Made by a program: the position numbers and the translations under genes. Positions 36,801 through 48,070 of a stretch of 64,000 nucleotides of DNA are shown piece after piece. Within the stretch, counting starts at the first letter, position 1. Each line of letters starts with the position of its first letter. Source of the stretch: Yuukianura sp. NJ FZ-2021 (taxonomy: Eukaryota); contig CM102289.1 of assembly GCA_046563655.1 (NCBI GenBank), positions 7,378,001-7,442,000 of the forward strand. The letters are read 5' to 3'. Under the pieces are notes generated by a model, which was not told where the DNA came from, searched no databases, and was given only the letters and a program-made list of their open reading frames with translations.

Positions 36801-37695
36801 TCTAAAATTCCAGACTCGTTTTTTTGTAAATCAGTAGAATTTGATTGCTCATTTTCAAAACTTTCACCGTTGGCAACTACTGGTGTTGGATCTTCCATTT
36901 TTTGAAAACTTTCAAATCCACTTTCTCCCTTTGTTAAATTGAAGTCTACTGAGACTTCAGACGAAAGCAGAAGCCATGTCTCCTAAATCTTTTCCGTTGA
37001 CATAACTTTTGTTTCGTGTTTTTGTTTAGAATGAAGAAGATGTTCTAAGCGATCTCGGGATTCATGTTGCAGAATGAACTAGTTTGTGAAAGTGAAACCG
37101 GAATTGAGAGATCCAGACTCGAAATCTTCCGCATTAATCCATTTTAGAATCCAGACCCAAGAGTTGGTTATGCGTCTCTGTACTACTATTCTACAGCTAC
37201 TAAAAACCGAAACTAAAATGAATCCTATTTTTAAACATTTTCATCCGTGTCAACTGCCCCTACTTTTCTCTCTCCCTTTCAAAAACATCCTTTGGTTCTA
37301 GTTTTTTTCTGCTAGTAACTAGAATTTTTTTCTAAAAGAAAAAAAATTCGGGGCTTGTTTATTTGTGTGCAGATTTTTTTTGGCTCATTCTCCGTAACGC
37401 TAATTCCACTTCCCTGCAATTACTCGCTAACGCTTTTTTCCGTCTGGCTGCTGCTGTTGGCTTTTGGAGCTGGAAAAAGCTTGAGGTCGATGATAGTTTT
37501 TGTTTGCCAAGAAAGCTCCAAACTTTGAATAATTAACGTTCATTTCCTATAACATTACCACCATGGTTTATTTTTCTAAGCTGCTTTTTACTAATGATTA
37601 TGGTAGTGAAAAAGTTTAAACAGAAAATTTTGAACTTTAATAACAAAATAGTAAAAACTTACACGGTTGAGCACAAGCCGCGGCGGGGTATTCAT
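30846..37695 (-). CDS. Synaptopodin-2 / myozenin(calsarcin)-like putative Z-disc protein; multi-exon, 5' exons uncertain
   Basis: Motifs [52 protein letters not shown] and C-terminal NYNTAPRGF. Acidic low-complexity exon 36582-35632. Putative first exon [11 protein letters not shown]|gtaagt. TAA at 30846-30848. Confidence 0.7.
34931..35088 (-). repeat. Coding 30-bp tandem repeat (~5 units) encoding (SPYHQxLPTM)n
   Basis: Repeated tatggtgacattgtcggcag(c/a)gattggtga unit within exon 35250-34838. Confidence 0.9.
35387..35569. promoter_or_regulatory. Intronic cluster of IR1 (ecdysone-response-element-like) palindromes
   Basis: AGGTCAtTGACCC (35387-35399), AGGTGAaTGACCT (35454-35466), AGGTCA half-site (35515-35520), perfect AGGTCAtTGACCT (35557-35569). 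Function not shown. Confidence 0.45.
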
Positions 37696-38160
37696 GTTTT
37701 AGTTTTCTGAAAGAATTTCAAACCACAAATTTTGAGCCCTTAAAAAACAAAAAGAAAAACTTTCAAAAGACACAAAATTTTTAGGTTTTATTTTATTAGC
37801 TAATAAAATACTGCTCAAAAAAGCGAAACTAAGATTTAAGCTAAGGCAGATCTCGGACGTTTGCAGAATTCAAAATCTCTCAAACTTGTTTAAAGTAATG
37901 GACGTTTTGACAAATCTCACAACATTTTGTACATGCATATTTTTCTTTGTTCGGCAAAATATTTTTTTCAAAAAATGCTAAGCTACACAGTTGTTTAAGA
38001 AGAGAATACATTTCGGTTAATATCTCTGCACTAATACAGTAAATTGTAATAATAGCTCACTCTCAACCGTGTTGTGTTTGGTAATTTTCAATGCAAGCAA
38101 TTTCTAAACTTTTTCTAAGAATTCGTTAACTAATTTTTAATTTTGAACTTTGATAAAATT

Positions 38161-41100
38161 TTAGAACACTTTAATATTTCTCCTGTCTTCGAGAATGATC
38201 CCATCGTCAATTGTCAAAAGGCCCTGGAAAAAAATTGAAAGTTAAAATGTGAAATGGCCTTTGGTTTTGATAAAGTTCTAGAAAAATGTATATTATTTTT
38301 ACCATAAAGAAGAAGAAGAGTGCCACTGCAGAGAAAAAGTGCCAAACGTCATGATCGTCATAAAAATGTTTCCAGAATTTGGAGCATGGCTGATTGAGAG
38401 TTCGAGATTCAGCGGCAGTTGCTCTCCATTCGGTCAAATTGATGTTGAACTTTCTAAAAGCGCAAGTACAGAACAGGATGCCAACGGTCAAGTAAACAAC
38501 GGTTTGCAGAAAGTAGGGCGAAACTTTCTTCCATTTTGGTTTGGATCCAACGCCTTCCTTTGGACGAGTTTTCCAGTAAAATACCTTTGGACCACAACAA
38601 AAATTTAGCAATTCCTGCTTTTTGAAAAGAGGTTTTACAATTTTTGAAATTGGAAAAGTTCTTACTTTCCAAGCGATGTAAGAAATCAAAGACAAGACGA
38701 CATTGAAGATCAGTAGATTGAGTAAGTAGTGGGCAAAATCTTCAGTGATGGCCAAATGAATAGAAGCTGCTGTGTTGAGTATGAATAGAGCTCCGTACAA
38801 GATCTTTTTCATCAAGCGCACTTTCGGGTCACGGTGGACAATGACTCGCATTTCTTGCATCTGGAAATGACAAAATAAAATTCATGAAAGTTTTCGAATT
38901 TTCCCCAAATTCAAAAAATGTCAAACAAATTTTTAAACTCACTTTTAAACATGTTCCGGACAGTTTGACGCGAACTTTTTCTGGAGTGAGGACGAACAGC
39001 ACTCCTCTGTAGAATCCCAGCATCCATTTTCCTAGTTTTTAAGTGAAAGTTAAAAGCAAATTTTAAATTTTAAAAATTGTTTTAAAATCATTGCTAAATG
39101 CCAAAACCTTTTGAATCCTTGATTGTTCCGTGGTAGTAGAGTCCAATACAGTAAGTAGCTGTGAACAGAATGTGAAATCCGGCAAAAATGAGGCGTGCAA
39201 TAACGGCGTTCTGTTCGGTCCATCTGCTTTCGATTACATAAAACAAGGCTGACACAATTGTCAAGACGGTTAGCAGCAGGAACGCTTTGGTCCTGCCAAA
39301 ATTTCAAAATGTCACAAACTGAAAATCAACTATTCCAAAATTTGTTTTTCTCAAAATTTCAATTTTTCAAAATTTTACCCAGACGGACTGGCATGAAATC
39401 TCAACTGATGAATACTTGACAGTAATATGATGGCAATGACATACATGAAGGCCACATCTGAAAAAAAAATAAAAAATAGTTCAGAACACCAAAAAATGCG
39501 AATTTAAGTAGAGGACATCAAAAAATTCGATTGAGAATAGAAATTTAGCCAAAATTTTGGAACCTCGGCTTACCGAATTGAAAAGTGGAACTTGATGGAC
39601 AAAAATGGTAAGCCGAACTGAGGATGCCTTCCATGATGAGTGACATGCCCATGGCAATGTAAGCGCCAAATGGAATACAAAGTCCACGGTGAATGGCCCT
39701 GTATTCTTTGAGATTAAACAAAGTAGCAGATCTCCAGTAAACGATGATTATAAAAGTGAGACCAAAGACAATGTAGAGTAAATTGGAAATTAGGTGGTTG
39801 AAGTCACTCAAGTCCTCGACACGGATTCGACAAAGCTCATTGTAGTAACAGTGGTCAAAGTCACCAGTGTCAGACATACTCTGGAAATATTCAAAAACAT
39901 CAAAATTTTGAATTTTGTTTTTTTCAAAAGTGTTGACCTACCTTCCAATGGTAATAGAGAAACTGGTAGACCGGGATAATATAAAAAACTGAAACGTAGA
40001 GTGTCGCTGTGCAGTATCTCTGCGACTGTTTTCGACTGCCATAAGTGTCTGAATTTGCAACGATTCCATGATAGGTCAACTCTTCTTCCTCGTTCGACGT
40101 TTCCAATTGATTGTCGTTAGGAAGCATAGCCGTCACTGCTTCGGCAGTAACTTGTTCAATGTTTTGTTTGTACTCTCTCCTGAAATGAAAAACAATTTCA
40201 AAATTTCATACATTTTTTGAATAACAAAATTATGAGAACTACTTTAGTCGACGATCGCAAATACAAAAAACGATAAGCGTCAGTAGAAGGCAGGGGATGA
40301 AGACTCCTATAATTTGGATTCCAAACATCCAAGACAGGTCATAGTTCACGGTCTCCCGGATTTTTATTGTAATGAACTTTTCTCTATTCGGATTGCTCTG
40401 TAATCCCACAGCTTTGAAATCATCCGATTTTGCAGCGATTCTTCGACTTTTGCAGTGACTGTCATCCGAAAGTGGAATTATAATCACTGTAAATCCTTTG
40501 GGAAAGTCAATTTTCTGAAAAAAAATGAGATTAGATTCTGGAAAAATGAAATTTTTAATTTTTCAGTTAGATACTTACACGCAATCTTGTAACTGCTGCA
40601 CGAGTCATTCTTTTTAATTCGCTCGTTCTGGCAACATTTTCTTCAACGTCGTACACTGGACACTTAAACGACAAAAAAAATGCAAAATTCTAATTGTAGG
40701 TTTTAAAATTTCCAAATTTTGGTATTACAGTTGGATCGTCTATGGCAATTATTGTGCAAACGTCGGATCCCACTCCTTCAGATCTTGACAAAATTTCAAT
40801 CATGCGAATATCCGAAGCTGGGTCAAATTCAAACCTATAGTACGTCGTCGCCATCGGATTTACTGTCATGCTCCGCTCTTCTCCAATACTGAAAAAAAAA
40901 ATTTTAAATTCATCAAATTTTTAAAAATGAAACTTTTTTTTTTTCTGAAAGTCGAATTTATGCTTACTGCATTAGGAGTCCAGTTGACCTTTCAAGTATA
41001 AGTGAAAATGGAACGCCATTTTCACTGTACGTGTCCACGGAAACGATGACTGACGTTTCCTCTTTGTTCTGAATGCCAAGTTCATAGTTCGTTTTATGAA

Positions 41101-41816
41101 TGCAGAGCGTCCTTCTCGTAGAGTAATACCATTTTCTAAAAAAACCACAAAGTTAACGAGAAAGTTCAATTATTACTAAAGCACAAAATTAAATCTGTCC
41201 AATTTCGTCTAATTTTGGTTAATTACGTGCTGTTGTCGTAGTTCTCTACAAAAGTGTAGGGCAATTTAATCTGTGTGTTAGAATGCTGTTGCCGAATTGA
41301 AACCATCAGTGGACGCTGCCTTGACTCGGTATTAGTAGGATCCACTTCCACGCGCACGTCTAATCTCACGTCCTACATTTTTCCAAAATGAAAAAAGTAA
41401 ATCAATAGTTGGATCTTTGCCAAAAATACTTTTAGCAAATTGCAAAGAACGGAAATATTAACATATGGATTTGTAGGAGGCAAAAGACTTGTTTGCAAAA
41501 CTGAAAAACTTTGACTTTCTGACTTTTTGGCATAAAACTTCGACTTTTTTCGAAAAGGTCAAAAGGTCAAGGTTGAAGCAGTCTAAAAGTTAACTGAAGC
41601 ATAACTTTTCTTTCTTACCATGATTTCCTTGTCACTCAACTCGGAAAAATCCAACAAGAACATAAATGTACAAGGATTGTCGGCAGTATTGATGAAATTA
41701 TAAGTAGTGTTGACTTCTGAAACGTGAATTTCTCCTTTGTCTAAACATCTTTCCTGACATGAAATTCCGTAAAAACAAAGGACAACGCCCAAAATAGCAA
41801 CCTGTAAGAACGACAT
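38161..41816 (-). CDS. SID-1 transmembrane family protein (SID-1-like / SIDT / ChUP), multi-exon
   Basis: Signal peptide, extracellular Cys domain, GDFDHCYYNELC, DFNHLISN, EGILSSAYHFCPSSSTFQF|D, TAAESRTLNQPC, DDHDVWHFFSA, C-terminus LLTIDD..IKVF*. Confidence 0.93.
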
Positions 41817-42844
41817 CTTCACCAACACTTTTTAAAAAACGATGAGATTCGCTTAAAATACGCAACAAATTTAACAACTAACACTTGATGTCAACAAATA
41901 CTAGACTTTGGATGGTGATGTTGCGGATTCTTGCCAAACCTAATTGTAAAAATTTCATTGTACTAATTCGCAAACTAGATATGAAGTACAGAAATTAAAA
42001 TCCCATGGGATGATGTTGATGTTTGTGAAGAAGGACAAAAACTGTGCTAGTCTGCACAAATAGCAGATCGGACTAAAGATTTGCAAAAACTTTTGGCATA
42101 AAGCAACAACGCAGGTCCCTACTACTATTTTCTTTTTTGCGAAGGTGTGGAACGCAAAGGACTGTCTAGTTAGTCTAGCAATACCCTGGTATGCAACTTT
42201 TTAGCATAGATTTTCCTTTAATGTTTTGGAAGATGCGTGTACACGATGAGATGCGAATGATGTGAAGGTGTTTTGGCATCATTTCATAACAAAAGGTCAG
42301 CCGAAATATTTTTCTGCGTCTTGTTATATCATCTGCAAAAAAGCGAACCAGTTTTGAGATCATTTGAAATTTGGATTTAACATGTGAATTAGACGCGAAA
42401 GTAAAAAAAAATACATAGCTACAACACCTATGTTTTGTGAATTATGAAAATTTTTCTCAGCATTTATTCAATGTATAGCACGTTTGTTTTTGGAAAAGAA
42501 AAAGTTGAAGGGTTTATGAACGTGTTGAGTGAGAAAATGTAAAATTAGATCATAGAATTCGATTAGAACGTAAAATTGCAATTGTATTACGATTTCGCAA
42601 TTAATTTAGCATTAAACATATTGTGATAGGGTAGTTATACATATTAAGTCTTATAGTTTACGTTTAAAATAGACTCGTATTCGGCAGTTGCTACTTGTAT
42701 GCTATCACTGCTTATGGATTAATTTAGTACTCCAGGATTAATCCCACCATTGATTGACGATGACAATAAATGATAAGTTAATGTAGAGAGTGCATTTAGC
42801 TTGAATTTTTGACGATTGAAGTTATTGATGTGATTAATTGTTGC

Positions 42845-43632
42845 TTATTCTAACACGTAGATGAAAGTGGGGATTTCGAGATGCACCAGTTCTTCCTTAA
42901 TAATTTCGCTAATTCTGTCCCAGTTGCCGCGACTAAGACCAGCTCCAATTCTTGGCATGTGAACAGTCGCATCCATCTCCAAGGCTTTTGTTGCTACTTT
43001 CCTGAGTGCGATCCGTAAGCCAGCGTACTTGATCGGAGGGTCCCCGCTTCTGTTCGGAGCTGTTTGGCCAATCATATTTGCTACTGTTATGTCTTCCGTG
43101 ACAGATACGAATTGAACTAGCCCCAGGTCGATTGGTGTTGGAAGGGTCCGGTACTGCTCTTCAGGAAGGTGCCATCGTTTGGACAAGGCGAGAACGAACC
43201 CCCTCCCCCAACCACCGGCAGTATTACATATATGAGCAATGATTTTCTTGCCAGTGCCAATTGGGGTGGTTGCGTCTCCTTCGACGTATTGGAGAACATG
43301 CGGCAGAGACGAAACGTGACTGGATCCACTGAAAAAATAGAACATCAATGAATCATACTATTTCATATCAATGATGACGGGAATACCACATATGCTGAAT
43401 CTAAGTGCGTGTGCAGTTACCTTGAATTAGTACTGAAGTGCTCCGCCTCCGAATCTGAGGAAGATCTGTCTGACGGAGTTCTCAAACTCCTGCTTCTGCC
43501 GCTGACCTTTGACCTTGACGATGTTATGGCAAGACGGGAGTTCTGTTTTGAAGTCAGCCTAGTCTTGGCTTTGGTGACTCTACCACTGATTGTTGATGAA
43601 GTTAGGGCCTTCTTATTATGTTTGCTATCCAT
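42845..43632 (-). CDS. Macrodomain ADP-ribosyl hydrolase-like protein (bacterial SCO6735/Poa1p-like type) with a basic Ser/Arg/Lys-rich N-terminal exon; exons 43632-43421, 43328-42845; 231 aa
   Basis: YVEGDAT, IIAHICNTAGGWGRGFVLALSKRW, VANMIGQ, VHMPRIGAGLSRGNW. A phase-2 GT-AG intron at 43329-43420 joins the exons in frame. Confidence 0.87.
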
Positions 43633-44606
43633 GATGAAAGATGAGATCTGGTAATTGAAGAACAGCTGTTTATGAAAATTATTCAATTAGTGTTTAGGTA
43701 GTAATTTAAGTACATTTAACCAAATGAAAATTTGTTTTCAAATGTTTATCTAAAACACACCAGCTGTACCTCTGCACCGCCCCGGTATACAAACCGACGC
43801 ATTTATGGACACGTATTGCAGAAAATGCATTAAATTTGTTTTGAAGAAAGCTGCTTCCTCCAAACGATGCAATTATTATTTTATTAATTAATTAATTATT
43901 ATTAATTAATTTATTAATTATCAAATTAGCTAATTTTAATTGAAAGTAGTTACAATTATAAATAAACTGGCATAGGTTGAAATCCACTTGAAATAATATT
44001 AAACCTTTTACAGGTCTAAAGATGAAAGCGTCTTTTTGCACAAATCGTGTAAAGTTTTGAACTTTTCAAAATTCTGGATTACCGTTATGAAAACGTTGCA
44101 CTAATCTATCACCAAAATGATTCACTATGTCAAAATACTGTTAGTTGACAACGCTTTTAGTCAACCATCCTAAATCCAAATAATCAAATATCGCTTATCA
44201 TACCTCAATACATCAATTCCAAAAACTCCATCATCCTCTTTACTTACTAAAACATTGAAAACATGATTCATTTTGAGAAGTCGTGTTTGCACAACATCAT
44301 TCGACTACTCTGTACGCTTTAAACAAGTCTAACCGAGACGAATTCCTATAGCCAGTAACCTTGGAACTCTGGCTAGTCTCCCTGCAGCATTACATAAAAT
44401 ACAGCAAAAAAGTGTACGATCATTAAAGTCCGTTTTGTGGTCTCTGATTCACTTAAAACTCACTAAAGTGTTTACGTTTTGGACTTTAAATCGGACGTTC
44501 TGGAGCGTGACGGCGGAAGGTGGTGAGAAAAACCCAACAATTTTTAGACTATTCAGCGTAAACTTATTTATTGTTCGTTTTTGAAGTTCATTGACAGCAA
44601 ATAATC

Positions 44607-46457
44607 ATGGTGGAACACAACGAATCGGAAGCGGTTGCACTGCAAGTGCAACAGCCGGGGTCACCGGCTCAGGAATCTACAACTTCCTGGCCAGCAACAA
44701 ATAGATTTGTAAGTAATTTCAGCAATTTTTCAAAAAAAAAACTGTAAATTGTAAGAAATTTGAAATTTCCAATTTTATTCGACTCCAATAATTGGAACCG
44801 TAATTATTACGGTCAAAACAAGATGGCCACGCCCTAAAAACTTGAAATCGATACGTTTTTTTTTTAAAATTACGATTAAACATTCTGTGGAGATCTTGAG
44901 ATGCTGACAAATTTTTAATTTTCTTAGTCTAAATATTTTTTGATTTGCAGAGAACAATCGTTCGCCAAAATTCGGAAAGAATTGGAACGATGGCAGAAGT
45001 GATTCTGCCAATGAACAAGCGTAGTGTCAAAGCACGCAAAAGCGAAGATATGCCGGACGGAGTTGAGTTTAGTATTATCCAAGGTCATTCTGGGGGAATG
45101 GATGAAGAAAAACAAGTGAAAGTTGAAGTACCTACCAAGAAATTTCCAATATTCATTGCTGCCATTTCGCTGATCCAGGTCTACACACAATACTTGACAC
45201 TGTATTCTAGATTTCTTAGTTTGCAAATTGCAATTGCAATTTATTTTTAAATTTCGCAGATCATGTTTTTCGTTCTTGGCGATGAATGGACTTGGCTCAT
45301 GTTTTGCTACGACCCATTCCGACGACACGAACTTTGGCGCTTTTTCTCGGACATGTTGGTGCATCGATCGTACGTTACTTTCTAAGTTTCAAATTTTTGG
45401 TTTACAAAGTAATCTCTAAATGACAGCATTCATGGCTTAAGCCATGGCAAATTTGCTTAAGCCAAAGCTTTGTCACTAATTATCTTAGTTTTATTATCTT
45501 ATGATATTATTTTGTTCTATAATTTGTTTTAGATTGTGGCATCTAATGTCCAATGTCATCTTCCAACTGATTCTTGGCCTGTTGCTGGAAATTGTTCATC
45601 ATTGGAAACGGATTGGCACAATTTATATGGCAGGTTAGCATGAAACAATCTAAGTTAACAAACACTAACATTGCCTAACCTTAAAGTATTATTCATAGAA
45701 CATCATGACCTAATTATAACATAACAGCATAAATAATAAAAGATAACATAGTATGAAAGCATAAATTGACTTTACTAAATTTTGCACAGGCGTTCTTGGA
45801 GGAGGACTGGCGGTGACGCTATTTGATCCTTTACGGTATTCGCTTGGAGCTTCTGCCGGAGTATACGGACTTCTATTGGCTCATCTTGCCACCATCATTT
45901 TAAACTGGGACCAAATGGATTGCAAATTTTGCCGCCTTTTTTCACTATTGTTTTATATCATTGTCATTGACATTGGAAGTACACTGTACGTCAACTTATA
46001 TCTCAAAATCGATTCTCGGGTAAGTGCATTCTTACAAAGAAAATTACTGAAATTTTACAATGCCCAAAGAGAATTTATGTTATTGAAGGTGAGTCATGCT
46101 GGACATGTTGGAGGAGCCATAGCTGGATTCATTGCGGCAGTGTTCGTGCTAAGAAATTTTGAAAAACTAGCTTGGGAAAAGCAATTTCAAAAGATACTGG
46201 CTGTAATTAGTATCGTCTTGTTCGTGATTGTTGTAATCGTCAACGTAGCATTTCCAAGCCTGTACCAGCGTTCTGTATTTAATTTTCACTACGTTGAAAC
46301 TTTCGTTTACTACGTCATCAAAACAGTTTATGGTACTCCGGAATGGGAATCAATCGAACCAGTTTGCATGGAAGATCCTGAATGTGCTGCATTTGTGAAG
46401 GCTGAATTACAAAATACGACACAAACTTCAACTACGGAGTCACAATTGATGTTCTAA
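44607..46457 (+). CDS. Rhomboid intramembrane serine protease, multi-exon
   Basis: ELWRFFSDMLVH, WHLMSN, catalytic GASAG and SHAGHVGGAIAG; short GT-AG introns; TAA at 46455-46457. Confidence 0.92.
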
Positions 46458-46848
46458 ACCTTCCAATTTCTGTTTCGATTCCAAGGTTTGCTATCTTTCT
46501 CAAATTTTTACAAACTGTTAAATGCGTGCTCAAAAATACTGTAAACTTGCCTTTTAAAAGTACAACTATGTTATACTGAAAATATTGTGGACGAAGTATA
46601 CGCTAAAGATATATTAAGGATTGTTACAGTTTGTTATTTACATTTGACTATGGGTTATACTTGTTCAAAAATAAATTTTGACAAATACTGTTTTAGAAGA
46701 GCTAGAGACTTTTCCAGTAATTTTTCTCATTTGCTATTCGTTTTTGGTGTCATTTAGAGGTCAATGAATGATAACTTTAATGGAGATTTAAGTATTTCAA
46801 GTATTTTCTTAGTTGAGTCTCTAGTTGTGTTTTGGACCTCGCGAAACA

Positions 46849-47638
46849 ATGGATGCCACAATTGTACTCAGGTATGCCCATAAATTTTGACAATTTTTTT
46901 GTTATTGAAATTTTTTGCGTATACGTATTTGTAACATTGAATTCAGATTTATAAGTATCCTGGCGCTGATTTTCCTTGTGAAAGTTGACGGTGACTTGAA
47001 CGACATTATTTCAACGCCGTATGAAGCCGACTCGAAATTCGCGACGAATATCAGTTCATCTGATGCGCTAAACGATGATGACCTTCGTGCCAGAGAGGTT
47101 GAAAATTCCTGTAAAAATGCCAGGATAAAACGAAATCAAACTGCAACGGTGAGTTAAGGAAAAAACGACTGGAATTACCTTTGGATTAAAGTTTTCAATT
47201 AGTTCATTATAATTTAGGTTCATCTAAAGAATTTTTTTTGTTTTAATTGTAATATTTGCTTCAAAGTGTGTTAGTGCTGGATCGAAATGTCATCAAAAGA
47301 AGGGAGAATCTTGTTGCAGCGCAGTTTGTGGTACGCAAAAATCACATGGCTATGGAATAAATTTTTTAATTAGTTGCATTTCAGTTTGATTTAAAAAAAG
47401 AATCTTGAAAAATTGATTTTCTTCAGTTCCCGAATCAGAAAAAGGAAGCGCAGCAAATCGAAAGTTTTCCTGTTCTTGCCAACTGAGTAAAAAGAGGGAC
47501 CGATGCAACGTTGACGCTGATTGCGACATCTCCGACTGTAGCGATCGACGGAAAAATGCTTGTTGCGACGCTTCAATTTTTGGAACAAAACGTTGCAAAT
47601 GTTCGCGTGATAAATGTTCACAGATTCTCCTGGATTAA
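46849..47638 (+). CDS. Small secreted Cys-rich (knottin/toxin-like) precursor; exons 46849-46871, 46947-47148, 47267-47330, 47427-47638; 166 aa
   Basis: All three introns are GT-AG and phase-compatible. Signal peptide MDATIVLRFISILALIFLVKVDG, acidic pro-region, RIKR site, then a 15-Cys region. Confidence 0.8.
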
Positions 47639-48070
47639 TCTTTCGATTAACTCAACTCTTACCTCATTTTTTTGAGTTTGTAGAACTTGGTCATTCATCT
47701 AATCCTTTCAAAAGTAAAATCTCAAAGGAATTAATAAATTACAATTAATTGAAGTAATTAATTTACTAACTTTTATATGCTAAATTTATTTAAAGTTAAC
47801 AGTTGGGTTGAATAAATTCCGTCTTCATAAGCATGTATGTACATAGCGTTTTCCGAAACGGCGGTAAAATTTAAACTACAGATGAGTTGTCAATCGGCAA
47901 AAATTTCAGTTTTTTTTCTTGAAAAACAGATCACATCAACACTGCAGTGCTCGTGTGATTGTGATTTTAATTGGAAATTAAATAGTTGGTGAGTCAGGTG
48001 TATGATAAGAAAGTATAGTGCAACAATCGGTAAGAGAAGTCCGTGTCACTGATCGACTCACTGCTACAAT

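Noticed and set aside
43871..43940. AT-only quasi-palindromic tract
   Set aside because: Low-complexity ATTA repeats with no further structure.
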